Source: Marine Group II euryarchaeote MED-G38
GTDB taxonomy: Archaea > Thermoplasmatota > Poseidoniia > Poseidoniales > Thalassarchaeaceae
DNA length: 64,000 nt
NCBI GenBank assembly: GCA_002457145.1
Contig: NTJP01000004.1
Span: 41,804 to 105,803, forward strand
Reading direction: 5' to 3'
Shown here: piece by piece, positions 17,605 to 27,839 of the stretch
Layout: each line of letters begins with the position of its first letter
Numbering within the stretch: the first letter of the stretch is position 1
Made by a program: the position numbers and the translations under genes
The notes under the pieces: model-generated
What the model was told of the DNA's origin: nothing
Seen by the model: only the letters and a program-made list of their open reading frames with translations
Databases searched by the model: none

Positions 17605-18891
17605 TTAGTTTAAAATAGAATTTAATAGCCATTTAGGATTAAATAATTCTAAATCTTCGTATTCTTGTCCTACACCGGCTAGTATTATTGGTCGACCAGT
17701 CGCGTGTGCAATAGAAAGTGCAGCCCCGCCCCGGGCATCCGTATCTAGTTTTGATAATACTGCTCCATCAAATGATAATATTTTTTGAAATTCTTTTGCT
17801 TGCAATACAGCATCGTTTCCTGCCAGGGCGTCGGCGACGAATAAAACAAGATGTGGTTTAGTGACTCTGTGTATCTTCTGTAATTCATTCATAAGATTTG
17901 TTTTGTTTTGCATTCTCCCTGCAGTATCGATTATCACTATGTCTTCTCCTTTCGCCCTAGCACTCTCTATTGCATCTCTAGAAACTGCTGCTGCATCTCC
18001 TCCTCTTTGGCTTTGAATACACCTAACATTTAATTTTTGAGCATGCAATGATAATTGATCTATTGCACCAGCCCTAAATGTATCAGCCGCAGCTAGCACA
18101 ACAGAAAACCCAATATTTGTTAAACGATTTGTTATTTTGGCTGCAGTAGTTGTTTTTCCAGTCCCATTCACTCCAACTATCATAATAGTAACTGGAGTTT
18201 CGTCAGATACGAAATTTTGTATTGTTTTATCAAAATCCCAATATCCTGCTTCTAACAATGAGATAAGTGCGTTTTTTACAATCTTTTCTATTAATTCTTC
18301 TAAATTTATTTTTTTATTTATACGGGCTCCTATCAATTGAATTCGTAAAAGAGTTATTAATTCTGATACTGATGAATGGCCTATGTCTGCGGATAGGAGA
18401 TCTTCTTCTAATTCCTCTAAAATCTGTTCTAAAACAGGTCCTCCTTTAATTATCCGACCGCCTCTTTGTACTTCATCTTGAGAAAAATCTATGTTAAATG
18501 TAGATATGTTTGTTTTCACTAATTCTCTTCCAGTAGTAGAATGCATCACATCATTTGTTTTACTTTTCTGTTTTAATTTGGTATTCTTTTTTATTTTTTC
18601 TTCTCTTAGATGTTTTTTCCTTTCTTTTGATGTTTTATTGGAAAAAGGATTGGCAATTATATTATTCTCAGGATCGTCCCACTCTTCTTCTGTCGAGGTG
18701 ATTGGTTCTAATTTATTTTCCTTATTTTTTTGTTTATTATTTTTAATTTTTACCAGGTTTCTCTCTCTCTGCGCGATTGCTAATATAGCCTCTTTAGAAT
18801 CCTCATCCACCGTAATTTCATCTTTAATCAGGGGTTCATTAACTCTTTTTTTGAATCTGTCAAATAAGCCCATTGAAAATACCTCAATCAT
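17605..18891 (-). CDS. ftsY: Signal recognition particle receptor FtsY
   Basis: NG domain motifs IMIVGVNGTGKTTTAAK, DTFRAGAIDQL, DTAGR, SKLDTDARGG. Lys-rich N-terminal region. The start may instead be MGLFDRFKK at 18873, which removes the 8-nt overlap with pfdA. Confidence 0.92.
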   Translation of the reverse strand: MIEVFSMGLFDRFKKRVNEPLIKDEITVDEDSKEAILAIAQRERNLVKIKNNKQKNKENKLEPITSTEEEWDDPENNIIANPFSNKTSKERKKHLREEKIKKNTKLKQKSKTNDVMHSTTGRELVKTNISTFNIDFSQDEVQRGGRIIKGGPVLEQILEELEEDLLSADIGHSSVSELITLLRIQLIGARINKKINLEELIEKIVKNALISLLEAGYWDFDKTIQNFVSDETPVTIMIVGVNGTGKTTTAAKITNRLTNIGFSVVLAAADTFRAGAIDQLSLHAQKLNVRCIQSQRGGDAAAVSRDAIESARAKGEDIVIIDTAGRMQNKTNLMNELQKIHRVTKPHLVLFVADALAGNDAVLQAKEFQKILSFDGAVLSKLDTDARGGAALSIAHATGRPIILAGVGQEYEDLELFNPKWLLNSILN

Positions 18892-19411
18892 CTAGTGTTA
18901 ATTCCGTCCCTCTTTTTTTTCTTTTCCTAGGGTTTATGGTTGCTTGTGATGTTTTCTTACTATTTTCATCCTCAGTTATTTCAGTTTTATTTTCTTGAAT
19001 TTGTTCTACCCCTGTGGTAAATTGGTGAGCTAATGAAACAATGTATTGTTCTAAAACATCAAACTCAGATTTTAATTTTTCTATGATACCATTTAGTTCT
19101 TGATTTCTCTTATCCAAGACCATAATAGCCTCTTCTCTAGTTTTTTCTGCCTGAACTCTGCTACCAATATCAATAACTGCACCAGCGTCTTTTGGGATAT
19201 TAGCCAATATTTGAACTCCTGAACCCAAGGGTATCATAACTCCTTCAGCACCATCTTTAGGAATCGTATTTAATGTTTGTAATGCATGGTTTTGTTCTAA
19301 TTTTACTTCCTCTAACCTTTTTATCTGCTGTTCCATTGCCTGTAAGCGCTCTCTACTTATTTCGACTTGTTGTGCAATTTTTTGCAATTCAGCCTTGTCT
19401 GTAGTAGTCAT
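18884..19411 (-). CDS. pfdA: Prefoldin alpha subunit
   Basis: Coiled coil, beta-hairpin (MIPLGSGVQILANI...VIDIGSRVQAEKT), coiled coil arrangement typical of archaeal PfdA. It has an extra basic C-terminal tail. Confidence 0.85.
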   Translation of the reverse strand: MTTTDKAELQKIAQQVEISRERLQAMEQQIKRLEEVKLEQNHALQTLNTIPKDGAEGVMIPLGSGVQILANIPKDAGAVIDIGSRVQAEKTREEAIMVLDKRNQELNGIIEKLKSEFDVLEQYIVSLAHQFTTGVEQIQENKTEITEDENSKKTSQATINPRKRKKRGTELTLDD

Positions 19412-19467
19412 CGAGATACGCGAACTTAACGGCTCTCATGAATCCGTCGGAAATAATATCAATTAAA

Positions 19468-21369
19468 CTACCTTAAAACTTCTTTTACCAAAAAATCAAT
19501 AATAATATCTGCGGCAGATTCGGGAGATGTTTTTGTTGTATCTATTCTAATTTCTGGATTTTGAGGGCTTTCAAATGGGCTAGAAATACCTGTAAAATTT
19601 GGTAACTTCCCCGATCTTGCTTTTGCATAAAGGCCTTTTACATCTCTCTCTTCACATATCGACAAAGGAGTATCCACAAATATTTCTATAAATTCACCTT
19701 CTTGGACAAGGGAGCGTATCATTCTTCTTTCAGATTCAAATGGAGAAATAAATGCAGTTATACAAATTAAGCCACTATCTACCATTAACTTTGCAACCTC
19801 TCCCACTCTTCGAATATTTTCTACTCTATCAGCTTCTGTGAAACCAAGATCCTTGTTCAATCCATGTCTTATATTATCACCGTCTAATGTAATGGTATGT
19901 TGACCCATTGTATGTAATTTCTTTTCTAGAATATTTGCTATAGAGGATTTTCCAGATCCTGAAAGCCCAGTGAACCAAATTATTTTTGGTAATTGATTTT
20001 TTTGTTGAGCGCGTTGCTCCTTTGTTATATCCATGTTTTGCCAATGTATGTTGTCTGAACGCCTCAAGGCAAAATCAATAAGCCCCATCCCTACAGTATG
20101 ATTGGATAATTTATCAATAATTATAAAGCCACCAGTAGTTTTATTTTGTCTGTAAGAATCAAAAGCAATTCTTTTATTTAGAGAGATGTTACAGACGGCA
20201 ATTTGATTTAATCCTAGATCATTTGCTGGTAATTCATTTAATGTATTTACATCTATTTGGTGTTTTAATTTCCCTAAGTTTAATAGGGCAGTTTGCGTAT
20301 TAGATTTGAATATATACTGTCTCCCTGGTTTCATTGTTTCATCACTCATCCAAAGAATACGGGTTTGAAATTGATCTGCTTCACCACATGGTTCATGAGC
20401 AGAAACGATTATATTACCTCTTGAAACGTCTATTTCATCACTTAATGTTATGGTTACTGAATTACCGGCTTTAGCCTCACGTAGTTCTTGATCATACGAA
20501 AAAATTGATTTAATTTCTGAATTTTTTCCACCTGGTAGGACTCTGATTTTATCTCCTATCTTTATGTTTCCACTTGCAACCAAGCCGCAATAACCTCGAA
20601 AATCTAAATTTGGCCTATTAACCCATTGTACTGGCATTCTAAATGGTTCTGAGGAGTCTGCTTCTTCAACCTCGACGGTTTCTAAATATTTCATAATTGT
20701 TGGTCCCGTATACCATGGTGTATTTTCACTCTTAGAAGTAATATTATCACCTAATAGAGCAGAAATTGGTATTGCTGTTATTTCTTCAATTTCTAATGCT
20801 TCTTCAGCAAATTTAGAGTAATCTTTTACTATATTTTCATATATTTGTTTTGAGTAGTCTACTAAATCTAGTTTATTTATTGCCAATATTATTTTTTTAA
20901 CTCCCACCATTGAAACAATAAAAGAATGTCTTTTTGTTTGGGTCATTATTCCATTTCTAGCATCAACAAGAATTATGGCAGCATCTGCTGTTGTTGATCC
21001 AGTGGCCATATTACGTGTATATTCATCATGTCCTGGCGTATCTGCAACAATATATTTTCTATTTTCTGTAGAAAAAAAACGATAGGCGACATCTATAGTT
21101 ATACCTTGTTCTCTCTCTGCTGATAGCCCGTCAACTAATAGAGCAAAATCTATGTTCTGGCCTTGTGTGCCCATACTCTTTGAGTCCTTTTTTAATGCAG
21201 ATAATTGATCATCAAATAGCATATGAGACTCATAAAGCATGCGACCTATTAGGGTTGATTTGCCATCATCTACAGAACCGCAAGTAATGAATCTGAGAAT
21301 ATCTTTTTCTTCGTGCTTTTTCAAGTATAGATCGATATCTTCAGCTATTAAATCGTCCACATGCACCAT
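19468..21369 (-). CDS. cysNC: Bifunctional sulfate adenylyltransferase subunit 1 / adenylylsulfate kinase (CysN-CysC fusion)
   Basis: GTPase motifs [19 protein letters not shown] in the N-terminal part. APS kinase P-loop [11 protein letters not shown] in the C-terminal ~180 aa. The ATG overlaps the cysD stop (ATGA). Confidence 0.92.
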   Translation of the reverse strand: MVHVDDLIAEDIDLYLKKHEEKDILRFITCGSVDDGKSTLIGRMLYESHMLFDDQLSALKKDSKSMGTQGQNIDFALLVDGLSAEREQGITIDVAYRFFSTENRKYIVADTPGHDEYTRNMATGSTTADAAIILVDARNGIMTQTKRHSFIVSMVGVKKIILAINKLDLVDYSKQIYENIVKDYSKFAEEALEIEEITAIPISALLGDNITSKSENTPWYTGPTIMKYLETVEVEEADSSEPFRMPVQWVNRPNLDFRGYCGLVASGNIKIGDKIRVLPGGKNSEIKSIFSYDQELREAKAGNSVTITLSDEIDVSRGNIIVSAHEPCGEADQFQTRILWMSDETMKPGRQYIFKSNTQTALLNLGKLKHQIDVNTLNELPANDLGLNQIAVCNISLNKRIAFDSYRQNKTTGGFIIIDKLSNHTVGMGLIDFALRRSDNIHWQNMDITKEQRAQQKNQLPKIIWFTGLSGSGKSSIANILEKKLHTMGQHTITLDGDNIRHGLNKDLGFTEADRVENIRRVGEVAKLMVDSGLICITAFISPFESERRMIRSLVQEGEFIEIFVDTPLSICEERDVKGLYAKARSGKLPNFTGISSPFESPQNPEIRIDTTKTSPESAADIIIDFLVKEVLR

Positions 21370-22262
21370 CAGAAATAACCTTCCTGTTTTTTCTTTTCCA
21401 TTGATGATTTGGTATCAAAATCAATAGTTCGTCCCTGGCGTTCTGATGTGGTAGTTAACAGCATTTCCTGAATTATATCTGGTAAGGTGTCTGCTTCTGA
21501 CTCCACCGCACCTGAAAGTGGATAGCAGCCAAGAGTACGAAATCTGACACTCTTCATAATAGGTTCTTCTCCTTTTTCGAAAGGTATTCTATCATCATCT
21601 ACGAGTATTAAAGTTCCGTTTCTTTCAACTACTGGTCTTTCTTTAGAAAAATAAAGAGGAACTATAGGTATTTTTTCAAGGTGTATATATTGCCAAATAT
21701 CTAATTCTGTCCAATTGGATAGAGGGAATACTCGGATTGTTTCTCCTTTGTTTTTAAAGGAATTATAAATATTCCATAATTCAGGTCTTTGTTTTTTGGG
21801 ATCCCAGCGATGCTTTTCAGATCTAAATGAGAAAATTCTTTCCTTTGCTCTTGATTTTTCTTCATCGCGCCTTGCACCGCCAAATGCAACGTCAAATTGA
21901 TATTTATCAATTGCTTGTTTCAGTCCTTCAGTTTTCATAATTTCTGTATGTTTGGCAGATCCGTGGGTGAATGGGCTTATATTCATTTTTTGACCTTCTG
22001 GATTGATATGTACAATCAGGTCTAATCCTAGTTCATCTGCAGTTTTATCCCTAAATTCTATCATTTCTGAAAATTTCCAGGTTGTATCTATATGCATTAT
22101 TGGGAAAGGGAGTTTGGATGGATAGAAGGCTTTCATTGCAAGATGCAGCATCACTGAAGAGTCTTTTCCAACTGAATAGAGCATGACTGGATTTTCTGCT
22201 TCGGCGACGACCTCTCGCATGATGTGAATCGCTTCAGCTTCAAGGGACTCGAGGTGCGTCAT
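21369..22262 (-). CDS. cysD: Sulfate adenylyltransferase subunit 2
   Basis: [21 protein letters not shown]...SVGKDSSV (PAPS-reductase-like PP-loop) matches the CysD N-terminus. I therefore prefer the Met at 22262 over the ORF-track start at 22313. Confidence 0.9.
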   Translation of the reverse strand: MTHLESLEAEAIHIMREVVAEAENPVMLYSVGKDSSVMLHLAMKAFYPSKLPFPIMHIDTTWKFSEMIEFRDKTADELGLDLIVHINPEGQKMNISPFTHGSAKHTEIMKTEGLKQAIDKYQFDVAFGGARRDEEKSRAKERIFSFRSEKHRWDPKKQRPELWNIYNSFKNKGETIRVFPLSNWTELDIWQYIHLEKIPIVPLYFSKERPVVERNGTLILVDDDRIPFEKGEEPIMKSVRFRTLGCYPLSGAVESEADTLPDIIQEMLLTTTSERQGRTIDFDTKSSMEKKKQEGYF

Positions 22263-22309
22263 TGGTATCGGGAATATTGCTGCGTATTTCACATCAGCGG
22301 GAAATATGT

Positions 22310-23113
22310 TCAATTTGTATTATTATTTTGCTTAATCCAATTCTTTGTCCATCTATCATCTGCGGCTACTAGAAAATATGGATTTAAGATATTTTCAATA
22401 ATATCATAATTAAGTGTAATTCCTTCGGGGTCCAAAACAAACCCCCCTGCACTTGTTACAATAGCATGTGCAGCAGCTATATCCCAGCATGATGTAGGGC
22501 CAAATCTTGGATACAGGTCTGCGTTTCCTTCAGCTACAATACATGCCTTAAGAGAGGAGCCCATTCTTACCAGGTCATATTCACCTAAAGTATTCGCAAA
22601 ACTTTCATCAAGCATTCCTCGATGAGATCCACTAGCTACTAATCGTACAGGTGATGGGGGAATAGAGGGTTTTACCATCATTAATCCTGAGCCCGACGGG
22701 CCTCTTCGCTGCGCGGGAATCATAACTCCTCCAAACCATGTTGTTTTTGTCACAGGAGCGTGGACTACTCCAAATATTGGTTTCCAGTAATCATTTTCTT
22801 TCTGCATAAGAGCTATATTTACAGTAAACATTCCGTTTCTCTTTATGAATTCCTTTGTTCCGTCTAATGGATCTACTAACCAACATAATTTACTTGTTTG
22901 GGGATTGCCTTCTATTCCTTCTTCAGAAACTATTGGTATCGAATCAATGTCTAGAAGATTTTGGACAATTATATTGTGAGCAGCTATATCTGCCTCAGTT
23001 AAAGGAGAGTTGTCATCTTTTCTTTCAACTTGTAATTCTTCACTTCGATGATATATTTCTAATATTGCCTTTCCTGCTAACTCGGCAATATGAATAATTT
23101 TTTCTGGATTCAA
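22310..23113 (-). CDS. cysQ: 3'(2'),5'-bisphosphate nucleotidase CysQ (inositol monophosphatase superfamily)
   Basis: IMPase-family motifs [26 protein letters not shown]. Located in an operon with cysD/cysNC. Confidence 0.85.
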   Translation of the reverse strand: MNPEKIIHIAELAGKAILEIYHRSEELQVERKDDNSPLTEADIAAHNIIVQNLLDIDSIPIVSEEGIEGNPQTSKLCWLVDPLDGTKEFIKRNGMFTVNIALMQKENDYWKPIFGVVHAPVTKTTWFGGVMIPAQRRGPSGSGLMMVKPSIPPSPVRLVASGSHRGMLDESFANTLGEYDLVRMGSSLKACIVAEGNADLYPRFGPTSCWDIAAAHAIVTSAGGFVLDPEGITLNYDIIENILNPYFLVAADDRWTKNWIKQNNNTN

Positions 23114-23132
23114 AAATTAAGACTCCTTATAA

Positions 23133-23684
23133 TTAAAAATCTTGTATTTCTTTTGCCGCTTCTTCCAGTCTCTCACGTGCTTTTTCTGATAAATGAAAGA
23201 GATAGGGGTCTTCTTCTCCAATTATTTCTTTCCATGAAGACATTGTTCTTGCCCATATTTCTTGGTCTGCATTCCATTCAAGCCACCTATCTATAAAATC
23301 ACAATGTCTTAAAATTTCAGGATTATCCTCCGAGGTTTTTCTTAATATAGTATTGGTCTGAGATAAAATTAGGCCCACTGGGGCATTTATTTTGTATGTT
23401 GTAAAAGGATTTCTTTCTTGTACAACTGTGAGATGTTCACGCCACAAACCTAGAACCACATCATAAGTCCATCCTAACAACAACACCCCTATTAATACTG
23501 CAAAGGCAATCGAAAGAAGACCCCAATATGTTGTTGATATACCTATAATGTCATTCTTGTTTGTAAAACGCCAACTAACATAAGGCCACATTAGAAGTGT
23601 CAGGGTGGTGATCCAAAAAACCATCGAAATGAGTGTTTGGCTCTGTTGTATACGCCAATATTGGCGCATGAAAGCTTTTTTCAT
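23133..23684 (-). CDS. Hypothetical 2-TM membrane protein
   Basis: ORF with two hydrophobic helices (LISMVFWITTLTLLMW, LLSIAFAVLIGVLLLGW) and an acidic soluble C-terminus. No known motif. Confidence 0.5.
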   Translation of the reverse strand: MKKAFMRQYWRIQQSQTLISMVFWITTLTLLMWPYVSWRFTNKNDIIGISTTYWGLLSIAFAVLIGVLLLGWTYDVVLGLWREHLTVVQERNPFTTYKINAPVGLILSQTNTILRKTSEDNPEILRHCDFIDRWLEWNADQEIWARTMSSWKEIIGEEDPYLFHLSEKARERLEEAAKEIQDF

Positions 23685-23743
23685 ATGACCCCTAGCCCTA
23701 TCTATGCTATCACAATTTTTATTATTTAACGAAAAAATAGCTA

Positions 23744-23968
23744 TTATTCCCTAAAATGAGCTATGACCGCGGGCGCCGTTGAATCAGCAGGATTTATTGA
23801 TTCTAATGAGTCTATTTGAATAAATCTACGTGATGCATTGTGTCTACTTCCAAAATTCGAATATATACGATGTTTTGCGTCTTCTTCATCACTGGCTACA
23901 ATATCTAATGTATATGCCTGGTCGTGTTTGCCATTACGAAATGTTCCTTTAGCCCTATACGCCTTCAT
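23744..23968 (-). CDS. rplX: 50S ribosomal protein LX (eL20 family)
   Basis: MKAYRAKGTFRNGK...EEDAKHRIYSNFGSRHNASRRFIQI closely follows the archaeal LX consensus (short ~75 aa protein, GSRH block). Confidence 0.85.
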   Translation of the reverse strand: MKAYRAKGTFRNGKHDQAYTLDIVASDEEDAKHRIYSNFGSRHNASRRFIQIDSLESINPADSTAPAVIAHFRE

Positions 23969-24112
23969 ATCTTGAGCGAAGAAAGGTTTTGATATAAAAG
24001 CGCCGTGTTATATTAGTTTGGAAAAATTAAATAAGATGTAATAATGATGTTTTGATAGAAAGATATACTCAAGGTTCAAATGTGTATTATCGAGTTTAGT
24101 TAATGAAAGTAG

Positions 24113-24571
24113 ATGGAATCGTATAATGAGGATCAGGAAGGAAAAGATATTTCTCCTTCCGAGAACAGTGATTTGGCTGAACGATTGAAAGATATTTCTC
24201 AAGATCGTTTAGTAGAAGAAATTATTACTCTATGGGATGAGGCAAATAATTTAGAATTAGAATTAGTAAAAAGTAGAAAACAAAATAGTGATGGTTTAAA
24301 GAATTATTCTGATGATGCAAATAGGTCAGTTGTAATGGACTATGAAGAAAAGTTGAGAGTTGCCAAAACAAAAATACTAAGACTAGAGAAGCAACTACAG
24401 AATGAGAAAATTCGTAGAGAAGCTCTTGATTTAAATTTGGATAAAATAAAGAGCTTAGAGTTAGAAAACTCAAACTTATTGAAAAATGAAGAAGAATTAA
24501 TGATTTTGATAATAGATATGGAAAGACATATTGAAAAATTAGTTGAGGCTCTAAAGAAAGTAGGGCAGTAG
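24113..24571 (+). CDS. Hypothetical acidic coiled-coil protein
   Basis: 152-aa ORF with heptad-like, E/K/L-rich sequence. No catalytic motif. Confidence 0.45.
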   Translation: MESYNEDQEGKDISPSENSDLAERLKDISQDRLVEEIITLWDEANNLELELVKSRKQNSDGLKNYSDDANRSVVMDYEEKLRVAKTKILRLEKQLQNEKIRREALDLNLDKIKSLELENSNLLKNEEELMILIIDMERHIEKLVEALKKVGQ

Positions 24572-24637
24572 TATTTATTACTATAAATTACATAGATTAG
24601 TCTTCTGTAATTAAATTTTTTACATATTAAGGTAATA

Positions 24638-25480
24638 TTGATTCGTTTTCCGAAGTATTATCAAACCATGTGTAGCCGGAATGTTGTGCCGGGCGTATAT
24701 GACCGCGAAAAAAAAAGCGCGATAACAAGATCTATTTCCTCTAGTTATTCTAAGGCTGTATCCACCTATTTTGGCAAAAATACACCTGATGTGGATTTGG
24801 CTTTAGGGTCACACAGAGCATATATTGCCGCATTAGAAGCCCATGGAACAGATGTAATTGTACTTCCCGAAATGTCAGATCATCCAGATTGTTGTTTTGT
24901 AGAAGATACCGCAATAATGATTGATGACAAAGTTGTTATTTCTAACATGGGGCATCCATCACGAGTGGGTGAAGAGCTTGCAGTAAAAGAATACTTATCA
25001 AAAGATTATGATATAATTAAAATGCCTAATAATTGTAGATTAGATGGCGGCGATGTTGTTTTTTATGATGATTGCTTCCTAATTGGTATTTCGTCTCGAA
25101 CGAATAATCACGGTGCCGAATTTCTAGGAAAAGAGATTAAAGAAAACGGTTATGATGTGAGATTTATTGACATCCCTCACAGTACTTTACACTTGACAAC
25201 AGTATGTTCCACTCCTCGTCCTGGGACAATGATTATGGCCGAGGGGCATCTTAACGAAGATGCTTTTAGTTTCGTTGACGAAATTATTAGAATACCTAAT
25301 TCAGAAAGTTATGCTTCAAATGTTTTAGGTTATTCAAATAATAGAGTAATAATCCCTAATGACTTTCCACAGACAAGACAGATATTATTAGATCACAGTT
25401 TTTCAATTACTTCTGTGGATATGGCTCCAATTATGGAAGCGGATGGTTCGCTTACATGTCTTTCTGTTTTCATAAAATGA
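24638..25480 (+). CDS. Dimethylarginine dimethylaminohydrolase-like amidinotransferase (guanidino-group modifying enzyme)
   Basis: Alignable along its length to DDAH (FVEDTAIM, RLDGGDVVF, IGISSRTN, LHLTTVCS, ESYASNVL). Catalytic Cys is in the C-terminal DGSLTCLSV. Start is TTG at 24638 or ATG at 24668. Confidence 0.8.
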   Translation: MIRFPKYYQTMCSRNVVPGVYDREKKSAITRSISSSYSKAVSTYFGKNTPDVDLALGSHRAYIAALEAHGTDVIVLPEMSDHPDCCFVEDTAIMIDDKVVISNMGHPSRVGEELAVKEYLSKDYDIIKMPNNCRLDGGDVVFYDDCFLIGISSRTNNHGAEFLGKEIKENGYDVRFIDIPHSTLHLTTVCSTPRPGTMIMAEGHLNEDAFSFVDEIIRIPNSESYASNVLGYSNNRVIIPNDFPQTRQILLDHSFSITSVDMAPIMEADGSLTCLSVFIK

Positions 25481-25481
25481 T

Positions 25482-25910
25482 TTATCTTAACATTTCTAAC
25501 CAAAATTTACTTGTAAAGATTTTAGTAAATATTGGTTCTTCATTAGAGAAGGGGACGTCAAAAGAATCAATATCATCTGGAAGAACTTGATTTAATTCTT
25601 TATTGTCAAACCATATTGATTTACAGCGTTCGCACCTATCGATTTGGATTTGTTCTTCGATAAAAGAATTTAATGGAATTGATACAGAATATGTTTTCAT
25701 TTTTCCTGGACAAACTGGACAGGAAAATTTAGCATCTATTGGTTCCTCTAAAGGCAGTTGTAGTCGTTTAATTATTCCAGGTTTTAGATTTTTTTCTATC
25801 CAAGTATTACTTGCCATAGTTCCATGACAGGTATCACATAAAAATAATATTTCATTATTATTATCTTCATCCATTTCTGTGTTACAACATGGGCATGAGG
25901 GGGGTGTCAC
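25482..25910 (-). CDS. Double zinc-ribbon protein (TFIIB-type zf module CPxC...C-x-x-C-x-x-x-W-F-D)
   Basis: CPCC...CDTCHG and CPVCPG...IDRCERCKSIWFDNKELNQV. The second matches the 'transcription factor zinc-finger' pattern. A GTG start is needed to keep the first CxxC. Confidence 0.55.
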   Translation of the reverse strand: MTPPSCPCCNTEMDEDNNNEILFLCDTCHGTMASNTWIEKNLKPGIIKRLQLPLEEPIDAKFSCPVCPGKMKTYSVSIPLNSFIEEQIQIDRCERCKSIWFDNKELNQVLPDDIDSFDVPFSNEEPIFTKIFTSKFWLEMLR

Positions 25911-25969
25911 GTATTCAGAGTGGTATGTTGGTCTTGAACTCTGCTGTAAGAATTTAATTTATTCAATGT

Positions 25970-26776
25970 TTATGAATTCATTTGTATGATAAATTCTGTC
26001 AAAACTCTTTGTAATTCATCTGCGTCATTATATTCTTCGGCGAGATTCCCGGTTATTATCCAATCCGCTCCAGCGTCTGCAGCTTTTTTAGCAGCATGAC
26101 CATCTCTTATTCCCCCCCCTACAATAATTGTAAGGTCGCAGGCCTCCCTTGCAGCCTTAATTAATTCTGAATCTACAGGGTTTTTTGCTCCGCTTCCTGC
26201 TTCGAGATATAATAGTTTAAATCCATAATATTCTGCAGTTAATGCATATGCTTCTACTCTTTTTCTGTCACCTTTTAGTATCAGGTCTGCCTTACCTACC
26301 TCTCCAACTTTACCCCCTGGAGCGCAAACCAAGTAACCCATTGGTAATGGTTCAATATTACTTTCTTTAATAAGAGGGGCCCCAATAACTTGTTCTTCTA
26401 TTAGGTATCTAGGACTAGTGCTATTCATGAGCATCATGAAAGTAACTGCGTCGGCAGTAGAAGATAGTGCTGCTGCACCTTGTGGAAATAATACAATAGG
26501 AATGAGGTTATTATCCATTCTCATTGAATCTTGTGTTTTAGCCCAAGTGACTAATTCCAACATTTCTTTAATCGCTATTACAGTAGCGTCAACATTTTTA
26601 GTATCTGTATTAGAAGACCCTCCTATTAATATCATGCTACTTCCAGCATTAACTGCCGCAAGACACCGTTTTGCAGCAACATCTGGGGTTTGATCTGCTG
26701 GATCAATAAGTATTGCATGTTTTGTTTGTCCATCTTTTTTAACTATATGAGATAATATTTTCAGCTTTTCAGACAT
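25970..26776 (-). CDS. Geranylgeranylglyceryl phosphate synthase (PcrB/GGGPS family)
   Basis: Family blocks IDPADQ, MILIGGSS, PIVLFPQG, YLEAGSGA, IIVGGGIRD, GADWIITGN. Confidence 0.88.
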   Translation of the reverse strand: MSEKLKILSHIVKKDGQTKHAILIDPADQTPDVAAKRCLAAVNAGSSMILIGGSSNTDTKNVDATVIAIKEMLELVTWAKTQDSMRMDNNLIPIVLFPQGAAALSSTADAVTFMMLMNSTSPRYLIEEQVIGAPLIKESNIEPLPMGYLVCAPGGKVGEVGKADLILKGDRKRVEAYALTAEYYGFKLLYLEAGSGAKNPVDSELIKAAREACDLTIIVGGGIRDGHAAKKAADAGADWIITGNLAEEYNDADELQRVLTEFIIQMNS

Positions 26777-26791
26777 AATAAATTCCCTTCT

Positions 26792-27427
26792 TTATTTTAA
26801 AAATACATGAGAATTGAGAAATTCATCTCCTCTCAACATACCCATATTTATCTCAGAATCTATTGAATTTTTAGGATTTGTTCCTTGCCACTGCATTTGT
26901 TGTATCCAATTGATGTTTGTTGGTAATTTATCTTCCGACCAAATCTCAATTATTGAATCTGAGCGCTTTCCAACGAGTATGTTATCAATTTTTGGGATTT
27001 CTAGGGTAGTTCCACCATACCATAAATTTTCAGATTTTGTTACTTCTTGATTTAAAATATGATTAAAAAATATATTGCCTGACCCGGCAAAACCAGCTCC
27101 AACAAATTCAATCGTCCTAGAATTAATTTTTGTAATTCTAGTCCTTAAATGAAAAAAACAATTTCTATCTGCTAAAGAAATTGATATCGCTTTTTTCAAC
27201 CAAGATTTTCGTACCGCTGTAGAATCCGAATTTGGTTCTTGAGAAAAAATAGAGGAAATCCAACTTGAATTGAGAAGAGGCCAATTATCTATCAAACCCG
27301 GTTCTTCGCCATACATTCCTAATTCAGCAGACTCTGTAAAAAAATGAATTTCACATTCTAAATTATCTAATATTTTATGTGCCATACATAAAGAAACTAA
27401 ATCTGTATCTAAAAATGCAATTTTCAT
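26792..27427 (-). CDS. Hypothetical protein, possibly a degenerate flavin-reductase-like (GGR-like) fold without the GxGxxG motif
   Basis: The ATG at 27427 lies 1 nt after the ferredoxin stop, and I prefer it to the ORF-track start at 27463. The N-terminus MKIAFLDTDLVSLCMAHKIL...EIHFFTES mimics a beta-alpha-beta dinucleotide fold but lacks the glycines. Confidence 0.45.
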   Translation of the reverse strand: MKIAFLDTDLVSLCMAHKILDNLECEIHFFTESAELGMYGEEPGLIDNWPLLNSSWISSIFSQEPNSDSTAVRKSWLKKAISISLADRNCFFHLRTRITKINSRTIEFVGAGFAGSGNIFFNHILNQEVTKSENLWYGGTTLEIPKIDNILVGKRSDSIIEIWSEDKLPTNINWIQQMQWQGTNPKNSIDSEINMGMLRGDEFLNSHVFLK

Positions 27428-27428
27428 A

Positions 27429-27635
27429 TTATTTATCCTCATTTGGCTTAATTGATAGAGCATGGACTGGGCAGGCAGGAATACATAGGTTACAATGCGT
27501 ACAGGTCGGTTCCTCTACAAATACTAAGATATCAATCAGACTCAAGGCATTAACAGGACAAAGTGCGACGCAAGCTGCACAGCCAAAGCAGCGATCTTCA
27601 TCAACCACAAAAGAGTGGGCTTCAAGTCTAGGCAC
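27429..27635 (-). CDS. 2x[4Fe-4S] ferredoxin
   Basis: Two CxxCxxCxxxCP motifs (CFGCAACVALCP, CTHCNLCIPACP) in 68 aa. Confidence 0.88.
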   Translation of the reverse strand: MPRLEAHSFVVDEDRCFGCAACVALCPVNALSLIDILVFVEEPTCTHCNLCIPACPVHALSIKPNEDK

Positions 27636-27839
27636 GTTCTTCCGAAGAGGTCATGTCTCTCAATCTTCCCCATCCCCTTGATTTCTATTAGAAACAATAT
27701 ATTACAGTTTAACATGTTATTAAAGTGGAAATAAAATAATCCATGCTAATATTCATTGAATCTATGACACAGGTAGTTTATAGATATTAAGTCAAAAATT
27801 AGTATTATTTTAAACTAATAAAAATCTATTCTGGTTCCA

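Noticed and set aside
18491-18895. 134-aa plus-strand ORF
   Set aside because: It is antisense to the Lys/Glu-rich N-terminal region of ftsY. The Phe/Leu/Ser-rich translation is a low-complexity mirror artefact.
27636-27839. Longest intergenic, very AT-rich region considered as a replication origin or ncRNA locus
   Set aside because: It is a divergent promoter region between the ferredoxin and purL genes. I saw no repeated ORB-like boxes and no adjacent orc1/cdc6. There are no C/D-box (TGATGA/CTGA) or strong stem-loop signatures.
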